Virus record (IMG/VR): IMGVR_UViG_3300007516_000002
DNA: 57,400 nt
From: a virus
Strand: one strand, 5' to 3'
Part shown: positions 1 to 6,674 of the stretch, in pieces
Numbering within the stretch: position 1 is the first letter of the stretch
Layout of the letters: each line of letters starts with the position of its first letter
Made by a program: the position numbers and the translations under genes
The notes under the pieces: generated by a model
The model's input: only the letters and a program-made list of their open reading frames with translations
Databases searched by the model: none
What the model was told of the DNA's origin: nothing

Positions 1-123
1 AGTACTAGAAGCGACGACGACAATTATATCGCCATGTGCCACAGCCGAATAAAAGAGATGTTTGTTCGTATTGAAAACGATCCTGAATTTGTGACAAGTC
101 TCGGCAGCGACTTCCGCAGGGTC
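1..123. repeat. Window-end duplication, identical to 57278..57400. It marks circular closure or terminal redundancy of a 57,277-bp unit.
   Basis: Read directly: agtactagaagcgacgacgacaattatatcgcc...cttccgcagggtc is present at both ends, 123/123 identical. Confidence 0.95.
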
Positions 124-321
124 AACGTGCCAAGCCTCGGTATTACCAGGGTGGAGATTAAGAGATTCAAGCTGCGTTCGTTCATCAGGCGCAACAAGGC
201 CGCCGCATATGTCTGCGACCGAGAGCTGGACTCGCTGGTGGAAGAGAAGATATTGCTTTGCAACCAGGAAATTGCGCATGGCAAAACTACTACATATTAT
301 TCACTTATTGGCAGACTCTAG
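1..321 (+). CDS. 3' end of the primase-helicase-like ORF that starts near 54950 and runs through the duplicated junction
   Basis: Listed ORF 34..321 is in the same frame as the open frame leaving at 57400 once the 123-bp duplication is collapsed. Stop TAG at 319-321. Confidence 0.8.
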   Translation, partial: STRSDDDNYIAMCHSRIKEMFVRIENDPEFVTSLGSDFRRVNVPSLGITRVEIKRFKLRSFIRRNKAAAYVCDRELDSLVEEKILLCNQEIAHGKTTTYYSLIGRL

Positions 322-410
322 TATTGTTTTCGAGTTTTAATGCGAAAATATCAGCGCGAAGCCTAGATGAGCTGGCCGCCGAGGGAAAATTATCCAAATA
401 AATCAAATGG

Positions 411-890
411 TTGTCTGACGACTACTGACGACTACAATTCGCACGCTGCCAGTACCCTTTGATTTCATTGGATAAGTTGCCTTTTCGGGGGTCTGACGAC
501 TAGGGGGGGAGTTGTCAGAAGCCTTTGATAACACAAGGAAATACTCTGACTATCCGCTTTTTGCCCTGTAAATGAAAAAGGGGTGGCAACTGACAAAACT
601 GAACGCACAAATAAAATATCAAGAATATTGGAAAAGTCAAACACTTGTTAATATAATAAACGCAGGGCAGGTAATCTCAAACCTGAAATCCGCAGGTCTT
701 GGAAAAGGGTAGTCGTCAAGTCGTCAGCGGTATTGTGTTGTGTTTTCAAACACTTCTGACAACTCTACCCCTAGTCGTCAGCTATTTGGATTTATTTCAT
801 ATTATGTAAGGAAATCAAAGGTTTAGGGTAAATTAGTTGGCGACTAGGGGGGGAGTTGTCAGAAGTGTTTGATTTCTTTGGATAATTTAA
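411..890. repeat. Iteron-like array of about 10-12 copies of half-site CTGAC(G/A)ACT. Three pairs form 26-bp inverted repeats with a G7 (or C-rich) spacer. A 21-bp box also occurs twice.
   Basis: Half-sites at 415-423, 425-433, 493-501, 510-518(rc), 711-719(rc, 8/9), 719-727(rc), 756-764, 773-781(rc), 837-845(7/9), 854-862(rc). Long units at 493-518, 756-781 (inverted) and 837-862. Box tttgatttc[a/t]ttggataa[g/t]tt at 458-478 and 868-888. Confidence 0.85.
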
Positions 891-1020
891 GTTTGGCGTA
901 TAAAATATCATGATATTATTTAATTATTTGGTTATTATTACTCAATTCTTTGATATTTTAGCAGTAATATTACCTGATTTGAGATTAGTTGGGGCTTGTT
1001 ATTAAGAATATTGCGATATT
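891..1020. other. Extremely AT-rich tract flanking the iteron array (possible DNA-unwinding element)
   Basis: Line 901-960 has only 8 G/C in 60 nt. No credible ORF. Confidence 0.5.
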
Positions 1021-1072
1021 TTATTGAAAGGCTTGGGATTCACTCTCAAAGTGGCAATAATACGGAAGAAGC

Positions 1073-1100
1073 TTGCAAAACCAGCAGGCTTTGGTAATGA
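1073..1100 (+). promoter_or_regulatory. Possible sigma70-like promoter for the 1125 gene
   Basis: TTGCAA(1073-1078)-N16-TAATGA(1095-1100), followed by RBS AAAGGAG. Confidence 0.3.
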
Positions 1101-1124
1101 GGATCCAGGAAAAGGAGTACGACC

Positions 1125-1958
1125 ATGGTAATGGGAAGAAAGCTGCGCGCACGAAAGACGGATCGCTGGGGAACGGTCGAGGAGATGACATTTGCCACAC
1201 CGGAGAGTCCAGCGGCGACCACGGAGGCAATAGCTCGAGTGGTGACCAGGTTCGCTGACTGGAGCCTAGAGGAGGCGCTGGAGGATTCGATTTTCGCGAT
1301 GCCCGAAAAGAAGTACAACGAGGAGTTTCCTTTTCGTGTCAAGCACGTGAAGCAGGCCATCCGCGCAGAGGAGCGAGCGCTGCTGGCCATCTTCGGAGCA
1401 GCCTCTGGATGCGCAACAGTTGTCGACGCACGGCGGCGGACCTTCTTTATCCTTGGCCGAGAGCACAACATCGACGCGTGCTACATCAACTGGGCTTCGA
1501 CACACAATCTGCGCAACAACGATCAATGGGCGGACGCAGCACTGGGATCCGGAAAGCGCGTGACTTGGATGGCGCACGAGGCAGAGTTGGCTGCGCGGAA
1601 CGCGCTGTTCGGGAAGGGCACGATCAATGTGCTCAAACCCGCTGATCAGCAGGACTCGCATATCTATCGCGCACAAATTGCTGCGCGGATTGGTCGGCCG
1701 CGGTTGCGTCACTTCGTGGCGGAGAAGTTTCCTGACCTACGTGTCCGTGGCGATCAGGATGCAAAGGACGAGGTCGTTCTGCGCAGCCGCAGGAGCCTTG
1801 GACCATTCGGAGGCATGATCATCGGCGGCGCAGTTTGGGATCGCGAGCACTACGCGTTTGGCATGCATGTGGTGGAGGCTTTAGGCCATGCGCTACGGCG
1901 CAATCCGCTTCCGAGCGGCGCTGATTCCGGCGGTGGGCGCTGGTGGGATCCCGAGTAG
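1125..1958 (+). CDS. Hypothetical protein (277 aa), no family recognised
   Basis: Long ORF. RBS AAAGGAG lies 7 nt before ATG 1125. GC-rich hairpin CAGGGGC..GCCCCTG downstream. Confidence 0.6.
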   Translation: MVMGRKLRARKTDRWGTVEEMTFATPESPAATTEAIARVVTRFADWSLEEALEDSIFAMPEKKYNEEFPFRVKHVKQAIRAEERALLAIFGAASGCATVVDARRRTFFILGREHNIDACYINWASTHNLRNNDQWADAALGSGKRVTWMAHEAELAARNALFGKGTINVLKPADQQDSHIYRAQIAARIGRPRLRHFVAEKFPDLRVRGDQDAKDEVVLRSRRSLGPFGGMIIGGAVWDREHYAFGMHVVEALGHALRRNPLPSGADSGGGRWWDPE

Positions 1959-2149
1959 CCCCGCGATGCCGCCAAAAGGGCCAAAACGTGGGCCACACAG
2001 CGCGATGGCGGGGTTTCATGGGGGGTTGGCAGTCCCAGGGGCTTTGCGCGCCCCTGTGCCCCCTGTGTGCGAATTTACGTAGCTGTTGCATGCCGCGCTT
2101 ATTTGTGCCAAACATTGATTGAAACTGATTACGGTTATAGGGTAATGAA

Positions 2150-2845
2150 ATGGGACGCGGAAATCGAGATTTACATATTCAACGGTACGGTAAACGATAT
2201 ATTTGCTTTGGTCAAATCGGTGGCGCATGTGTTTATTGCGGAGATGTAGCATCGCATATGGATCATCGTCCACCGATTAGCATTGCAGATGACGAAAGAT
2301 CTTTAGTACACATGCTGGTACCTTCCTGCGCTGAGTGTAACTCACTTCTTGGCGATAAACCACTGTTCACAATTAATGAGGCGAGATCAGCTCTTGTGGT
2401 ACTGGTTACCTTGCGGCACGGAAGTCTTTTATCAAGCTACCAAGAAAACGCGTACGATCAGCTACTTCAGACAAGAGTTTTATCCCGCGTAGGTCATCTT
2501 GCGTTAAATACTTCCCAGCCGTCGCCAATTCGAGATGTATCTTCTGATACAGTAGCCAAGTGTACAGCACGACGCGGAAAAAGAAAGCTTATTGATCATT
2601 TTGGTATAACGTATCACGATGCATTGATCGACAAACAGACGTGGCCAACGGAAGACATTGTTTTGTGGTTAAATAGAAACGGATACGCGACAAAGACGGG
2701 GCTTCCCTGGACTTTTCCTCGTTTTATGAACTGTCTGCACCATAAGGGTAGGCTATCATGGAAACCCCATAGCTTATACGCAGGGGCCGATTATGGCCTG
2801 TGTGGCGCAGGTTTGGCGGAGTACGGAAAAGGGCCACCCGGTTAG
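2150..2845 (+). CDS. HNH endonuclease (free-standing, homing-type)
   Basis: CVYCGD...HMDHRPP...CAECNSLLG gives the Cys pair / His / Asn / Cys pair pattern of HNH nucleases. The gene is visibly lower in GC than its surroundings. Confidence 0.65.
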   Translation: MGRGNRDLHIQRYGKRYICFGQIGGACVYCGDVASHMDHRPPISIADDERSLVHMLVPSCAECNSLLGDKPLFTINEARSALVVLVTLRHGSLLSSYQENAYDQLLQTRVLSRVGHLALNTSQPSPIRDVSSDTVAKCTARRGKRKLIDHFGITYHDALIDKQTWPTEDIVLWLNRNGYATKTGLPWTFPRFMNCLHHKGRLSWKPHSLYAGADYGLCGAGLAEYGKGPPG

Positions 2846-2879
2846 GATGGCCCTCATGTGGCTGGCGGTTGGTGGAGGT

Positions 2880-3092
2880 TTAAATCATACCAGTCACTAC
2901 CAGAAGTGATTCAGCAAACGATTTCCCGTTGACCATGCATTCGTTAATGCTGATGTGGGCGTTGGCGTCATCAAACTCGGTGCGAAACACAGCGTTGGTG
3001 GTTTGAAAAAGATTGTCCGTGATGTCACGTGCCGCAGTGGCGTTCAAAGCAATGGCGTAGAGACCTTCTGTGGTGTAGATGCCGTAAAACAT
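2880..3092 (-). CDS. Hypothetical protein (70 aa), last gene of the early-left operon
   Basis: RBS AAGGAGACAACA precedes ATG 3092. Co-oriented and tightly packed. Confidence 0.6.
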   Translation of the reverse strand: MFYGIYTTEGLYAIALNATAARDITDNLFQTTNAVFRTEFDDANAHISINECMVNGKSFAESLLVVTGMI

Positions 3093-3123
3093 TGTTGTCT
3101 CCTTGGTTGGTGGTTGGTGCGTG

Positions 3124-3339
3124 TCATGTTTCGATCCCGTCGATTACAGCCTGCACATGCACTATCCGAACCTCGGCAGGATTGAATTTGCTGACGTCTA
3201 TGTGCGTGACGCCTTCTATCATATAATCAATCCCGTCGATGCTGACGAAAAGCTGCAAACGACCATACTCTACCACGCGCACTTGAAGGCTCAACATTTT
3301 GCTGTGCATCATTCCCGTTCCTTTGCTGTCGTCTGCCAT
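3124..3339 (-). CDS. Hypothetical protein (71 aa)
   Basis: ORF starts 2 nt after the stop of an SD-bearing micro-ORF (3342..3389). Confidence 0.55.
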   Translation of the reverse strand: MADDSKGTGMMHSKMLSLQVRVVEYGRLQLFVSIDGIDYMIEGVTHIDVSKFNPAEVRIVHVQAVIDGIET

Positions 3340-3341
3340 GC

Positions 3342-3389
3342 TTAGACCCCATTCCCTCGCGCCAGATGCATTCTCTTGAATGCGTTCAT
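3342..3389 (-). CDS. 15-codon leader micro-ORF (MNAFKRMHLARGNGV)
   Basis: AAGGAGA lies 6 nt before ATG 3389. The stop is 2 nt before ATG 3339 of the next gene, which has a weak RBS of its own. Confidence 0.3.
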   Translation of the reverse strand: MNAFKRMHLARGNGV

Positions 3390-3414
3390 GCCAGTCTCCT
3401 TGTTGATGGTTGGT

Positions 3415-3432
3415 GCGACCCCGAAGGGTCGC
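3415..3432 (-). terminator. Stem-loop GCGACCC-cgaa-GGGTCGC after gene 3443..3610 (weak terminator or RNA-stability element)
   Basis: 7-bp GC stem with a tetraloop. No U-run follows on the minus strand. Confidence 0.3.
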
Positions 3433-3442
3433 TGGTTAGTGG

Positions 3443-3610
3443 TCAGTCCTTGGTGCATCGTACCAGCTGCTGGGTTTCAGTGTAGTACTCTCCTGCCATG
3501 CTGTCCCAAACCTTGATGGTGGCGTTCCGCCCGTCGATGTGTGTGATGGTGCCGTACTCCTCGGTCCCGCCGCTCTTGAATGTTACTCTGTCGCCAATCT
3601 TGAGGGTCAT
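3443..3610 (-). CDS. Hypothetical protein (55 aa)
   Basis: AAGGATAACGACA precedes ATG 3610. The longer listed ORF (to 3646) lacks an RBS. Confidence 0.6.
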   Translation of the reverse strand: MTLKIGDRVTFKSGGTEEYGTITHIDGRNATIKVWDSMAGEYYTETQQLVRCTKD

Positions 3611-3645
3611 TGTCGTTATCCTTGGTTCGCGTTGCTGTTGAACCA

Positions 3646-3674
3646 TCTCTAATCAGTCTTGCATGAGAGTTCAA
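3646..3674 (-). promoter_or_regulatory. Early promoter copy A (TTGAAC-N17-TAGAGA) inside the 47-bp repeat 3635-3681
   Basis: On the minus strand, -35 is the rc of 3669-3674 and -10 is the rc of 3646-3651, with a 17-nt spacer. The repeat matches 3986-4032 at 45/47 positions. Confidence 0.55.
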
Positions 3675-3707
3675 CCAGAATCTCGCGATCCTGGTTGCAA
3701 TTCGCTG

Positions 3708-3962
3708 TCAGTGGCTGCGGATGCAGTTGGTGAGAAGAAACTCGCGCGCCTCTGTGGGAGTCATCTTTTCAGCCTGCATGCGGATCCTGCGTGCAATGTC
3801 CAGTGCGCCAATCCGGCTGCGTGTCCTGCCCTTGAAGAAGTAGCTGGTCGCGAGGAGTCCGTAGCGCGGGTGGGCTTCCGCGTGGTACATGTGAATCTCG
3901 GGAGTGTAGATTCCCTGACGTGTGGCGGAGGCGCAGGCGGTGATCTGGTTCGGATGGGGCAT
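3708..3962 (-). CDS. Hypothetical protein (84 aa)
   Basis: GGGAGACAAGACC precedes ATG 3962. The longer listed ORF start (4025) lies inside the promoter repeat. Confidence 0.6.
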   Translation of the reverse strand: MPHPNQITACASATRQGIYTPEIHMYHAEAHPRYGLLATSYFFKGRTRSRIGALDIARRIRMQAEKMTPTEAREFLLTNCIRSH

Positions 3963-3996
3963 GGTCTTGTCTCCCGTGTGAGTTTCTGCTGAACCA

Positions 3997-4025
3997 TCTC
4001 TAATCAGTCTTGCATGAGAGTGCAA
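3997..4025 (-). promoter_or_regulatory. Early promoter copy B (TTGCAC-N17-TAGAGA) inside the 47-bp repeat 3986-4032
   Basis: Same geometry and near-identical sequence as copy A. Confidence 0.55.
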
Positions 4026-4033
4026 CCAGAATA

Positions 4034-4240
4034 TCAGGCGTCACAGTCCTTGCGTTCGTATTTCAACGTTGCGTCCAGGTCAGTTAATACCGCCCACCCA
4101 TTTACGTCAGGCCAGCATCGAGCACCACAGTTTGAGCAGTACATCGGCATCCGGTGGTTCACATGACAAAGCAGCGAATGGCAGCACTGCATGCTAAGCA
4201 GTCTGAAGGGTATGCGTTCCGTTACATTCTTACTTTTCAT
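4034..4240 (-). CDS. Hypothetical Cys-rich small protein (start uncertain; may begin at MPMYCSNCG, about 4150)
   Basis: ORF only. No convincing RBS at 4240. Confidence 0.35.
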   Translation of the reverse strand: MKSKNVTERIPFRLLSMQCCHSLLCHVNHRMPMYCSNCGARCWPDVNGWAVLTDLDATLKYERKDCDA

Positions 4241-4259
4241 GATGCGTGCTTTATGAGGA

Positions 4260-4613
4260 TCATGGAGTCACCGAAAACTTGGGCTTTGCTGCCTGCTTGG
4301 CGCGTATCTTTTCAACCTTCGTCCAGCATCGTTCGATCTCGATTTCGCCAGCTTCAATCATGTCTATATCGTGGGCAATGCACAGGGCCGCGAGGGTGTT
4401 CATCACTCCGCCGACTTCCTGCCGAGTCTCTCCAACGTCGCGACCATACACATAGTCGACCAGCTGCAACGCCTCTGCTTTGGTGCATCCAGTGGATTGC
4501 ACGAGTTCAAGGCTCTCCTCAAGAAAGCGATGATTGCGCTCAACTTTGTCGCGTGCGATTTCCAACCCAAAACACGCGAGCAGCCAACGGTCAACGCTAT
4601 TTTGAAACCTCAT
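4260..4613 (-). CDS. MazG-like nucleotide pyrophosphohydrolase (putative)
   Basis: FLEESLELVQ ... EVGGVMNTLAALC ... DIDMIEAGE resembles all-alpha MazG-type NTP-PPases. GAGGAG precedes ATG 4613; alternative start at 4691. Confidence 0.45.
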   Translation of the reverse strand: MRFQNSVDRWLLACFGLEIARDKVERNHRFLEESLELVQSTGCTKAEALQLVDYVYGRDVGETRQEVGGVMNTLAALCIAHDIDMIEAGEIEIERCWTKVEKIRAKQAAKPKFSVTP

Positions 4614-4730
4614 TCTTTGCTCCTCTGCGGAGGGCGCTGCTGGAGGGTCTTGGTCCAGTGCTCGGGGCGTGGGCGCGGGCGATGTGGTCATCCAGGTCGA
4701 TCATCGTTCAGTCTCCTTTGTTGTGCCTAC

Positions 4731-4961
4731 CTAGTGGGCGGTGACCTTCGCGCCGGAAAAGCATGCGTAGCGAGGCTTGCCCTGCGATTGGCCGTTGATC
4801 ATCATCGGCGCGCCCGTCGAGTCGGTCTTGAAGAACTCGTAGCCAGCCTTGGCCCAGTCGGCGCGGTGCTTGTCCTTGACCTGGATCGACTTGGTGTATG
4901 TGGTGATGCAGACCGTCTTGTTGGCGTCCAGGGCGGCGTTGATTTGCTCGATCAGGGTCAT
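4731..4961 (-). CDS. Hypothetical protein (76 aa)
   Basis: ATG 4961 overlaps the stop of the upstream gene (ATGA coupling). Confidence 0.6.
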   Translation of the reverse strand: MTLIEQINAALDANKTVCITTYTKSIQVKDKHRADWAKAGYEFFKTDSTGAPMMINGQSQGKPRYACFSGAKVTAH

Positions 4962-5161
4962 GACGCGTACTTTCTTGTTCCCGCTTCGATTGCTTTGCTG
5001 CGCATGTTTTCAGCAGCTTCGCGGCTTGTCAGTGTCTTGTGATCAAGCATGCGCCAATCAGCGTCATGCAGCCAGAATGTTCCGTTATTGCCCGCGTCGA
5101 TCATAATAGACGGAAAGCGACCCGCTTTGATTTCGTTCCTGACGTATGCTGCGAGTTTCAT
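4958..5161 (-). CDS. Hypothetical protein (67 aa)
   Basis: ATG 5161 (MKLAAYV...) is preceded by CCAGGAAGACACTAGG. The upstream part of the listed ORF covers promoter copy C. Confidence 0.6.
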   Translation of the reverse strand: MKLAAYVRNEIKAGRFPSIMIDAGNNGTFWLHDADWRMLDHKTLTSREAAENMRSKAIEAGTRKYAS

Positions 5162-5196
5162 CCTAGTGTCTTCCTGGTTCGCGTTGCGTTGGTACA

Positions 5197-5225
5197 GTTC
5201 TAATCGAAGTCGCAGTACGTTGCCA
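5197..5225 (-). promoter_or_regulatory. Early promoter copy C (TGGCAA-N17-TAGAAC)
   Basis: The rc of 5197-5202 is TAGAAC and the rc of 5220-5225 is TGGCAA. It shares the GATTAGA core and the CAACGCAACGCGAACCAGGAAG leader with copy A. Confidence 0.45.
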
Positions 5226-5429
5226 GTCTTAATTGACCAGCTTCTCAAGATAGTAGGTCGCCACCCTTCGGCGGCGACCTGGTTGTTTTCTGGCTAGGTT
5301 ACGTCCACCCAGCTCATGCAGGTCTGCTGGAGCTTGTCAGCGTGTCATGTTTTGTCCTTTCTTGGTTGCCTGTCATCATCAGTGGTGGGCGGCACCCCAA
5401 CCAGACCGGCTTGTGACCGGTTTCGACTC

Positions 5430-5621
5430 TCAGCGATTGTTCCACTCCGCGGCTTCGCGCGTTTCGGCGCACCAGTCTGCGTTGGCGGCGTCCCATTCAG
5501 CCTGTGCGCTGTCCCATTCGGCCTGGTTGTTGGCTTCGCTGCGCCGCTCTGCTGCTTGGTCGCAGCGTACGCGGGCGGCTTCTTGGCGGCGAGTGTTGGC
5601 TTGCTGTGCGGGAGTGTTCAT
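5430..5621 (-). CDS. Hypothetical protein (63 aa, Ala/Glu/Trp-rich)
   Basis: AGGAGAAACGACC precedes ATG 5621. Confidence 0.6.
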   Translation of the reverse strand: MNTPAQQANTRRQEAARVRCDQAAERRSEANNQAEWDSAQAEWDAANADWCAETREAAEWNNR

Positions 5622-5657
5622 GGTCGTTTCTCCTAGGCTTGTGCTTCCGTTGGACCA

Positions 5658-5686
5658 TTTCTAATCACTCTCACCGAGGTTCGCAA
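5658..5686 (-). promoter_or_regulatory. Early promoter copy D (TTGCGA-N17-TAGAAA)
   Basis: The rc of 5658-5663 is TAGAAA and the rc of 5681-5686 is TTGCGA, with a GATTAGA core. Confidence 0.5.
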
Positions 5687-5689
5687 GAG

Positions 5690-5715
5690 AAAACATCGCG
5701 CAAAAGCGATGTTTT
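5690..5715 (-). terminator. Intrinsic terminator after gene 5722..5946
   Basis: AAAACATCGC-gcaaaa-GCGATGTTTT forms a 10-bp stem whose arms supply A/T runs on both strands. Confidence 0.7.
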
Positions 5716-5721
5716 GTCGCG

Positions 5722-5946
5722 TCAGAACGGGATCGTATCGTCATCCTTTGTGGCGATCAGGGTGAAGTCAACTATACGGAAGGCCGAAAAGTGCGTGCGG
5801 TTAACTGTCGTACCTTCCAGCGTGGCATGGGAGTTTCCGCCAATGGCAAAGTCGTTAACAAACGACTTTGCCTGCCAGTCCGCCTTTTCAGCCTCGAGCA
5901 GCGTGACCCATTGGCCGGTGCGGTTGTGGAATCCTTCGATTTTCAT
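5722..5946 (-). CDS. Hypothetical early protein (74 aa) ending in an SSB-like tip ...KDDDTIPF
   Basis: ORF is translationally coupled to the upstream gene. The C-terminus is read directly from the ORF track. Confidence 0.6.
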   Translation of the reverse strand: MKIEGFHNRTGQWVTLLEAEKADWQAKSFVNDFAIGGNSHATLEGTTVNRTHFSAFRIVDFTLIATKDDDTIPF

Positions 5947-6131
5947 CAGATTAATCCTTTTTCAAGTGCTAGGTGTTCGGGCAGGGTAACAGTCCAGATC
6001 GGATGCTTACACTCGACCTCGATCTGGGAGAGAGGAAGCCATTCTGCGTTGGCGCGGTTCCCGTCCGTGGAAAACAGGATCGCCTTCTCCGTCGTGCGGT
6101 GAACCATGCCTTCGATGTCGATGATTCGCAT
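5946..6131 (-). CDS. Hypothetical protein (61 aa)
   Basis: AAAGGAGAACGACTA precedes ATG 6131 (MRIIDIEG...). Confidence 0.6.
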   Translation of the reverse strand: MRIIDIEGMVHRTTEKAILFSTDGNRANAEWLPLSQIEVECKHPIWTVTLPEHLALEKGLI

Positions 6132-6145
6132 TAGTCGTTCTCCTT

Positions 6146-6337
6146 TCAGCTCAACATGAAGAGCAGGTTCTCTGCGCCCTCGACCCTGCGTGCGCCGCAC
6201 ACGTCGCATTCATACTCGGAGGCATCAGGCTCGCAGCCATCAGCCTCTTCGCCACACGCGAGGCAGAAACCGAGGTGTTCGTCCGCTTCGACAGCCTCCA
6301 TGACTCGGTCGAGGGTGATTGATTCGTGGATCTTCAT
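6146..6337 (-). CDS. Small acidic Cys-pair (zinc-ribbon-like) protein (63 aa)
   Basis: CLACG...CDVCG. AAGGAGAACCGGA precedes ATG 6337. Confidence 0.6.
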   Translation of the reverse strand: MKIHESITLDRVMEAVEADEHLGFCLACGEEADGCEPDASEYECDVCGARRVEGAENLLFMLS

Positions 6338-6377
6338 TCCGGTTCTCCTTGGCCGCGTTGGTGCGGCAGTGCTTTAC

Positions 6378-6674
6378 CTATTCGCATCCTTTAAGGTTAA
6401 TGTCCAGAATCTCTTTCGGAGTCATGAACGCCAATCCTGAGTATACTCGAACAGTGGTTAAAATAAGACGCGTGCGGATTTCAAGAGCCACGTCCTCCTG
6501 CTCCAGTATCAGTCGTTGTGCAGCACTGATAGGCATGCCCGCGTCACGCATAATCGCAATAGCCTCGATCAGGCGTGCGACCCACCTGCACGACTCAACT
6601 TCACTCATCGCATTGGCAGGGGATGCAAAAATAGTGACCACCATGACAGCTGCGCGGATGTTGGATATCCTCAC
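6378..6674 (-). CDS. Small putative secreted protein (98 aa, signal-peptide-like N-terminus ...IFASPANA)
   Basis: GTG start overlaps the NADAR stop (GTGA). Hydrophobic N-terminus with an A-x-A site. Confidence 0.5.
   Translation of the reverse strand: MRISNIRAAVMVVTIFASPANAMSEVESCRWVARLIEAIAIMRDAGMPISAAQRLILEQEDVALEIRTRLILTTVRVYSGLAFMTPKEILDINLKGCE

Noticed and set aside
415-862. The iteron half-site CTGACGA matches the hammerhead ribozyme core CUGANGA.
   Set aside because: No appropriately placed GAAA, stem III or cleavage-site triplet is present. The motif is explained as a half-site of inverted and tandem protein-binding repeats occurring on both strands.
411-890. Possible CRISPR-like mini-array, because of repeated ~26-bp units.
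   Set aside because: The units occur in both orientations with irregular spacing, the spacers themselves contain shared boxes, and no cas genes are present.
3672-3697. Hairpin CAACCAG-12 nt-CTGGTTG as a terminator after gene 3708..3962.
   Set aside because: Its left arm is part of the 47-bp promoter repeat, and the second repeat copy (4022-4032) has no matching right arm. There is no U-run. It is probably incidental.
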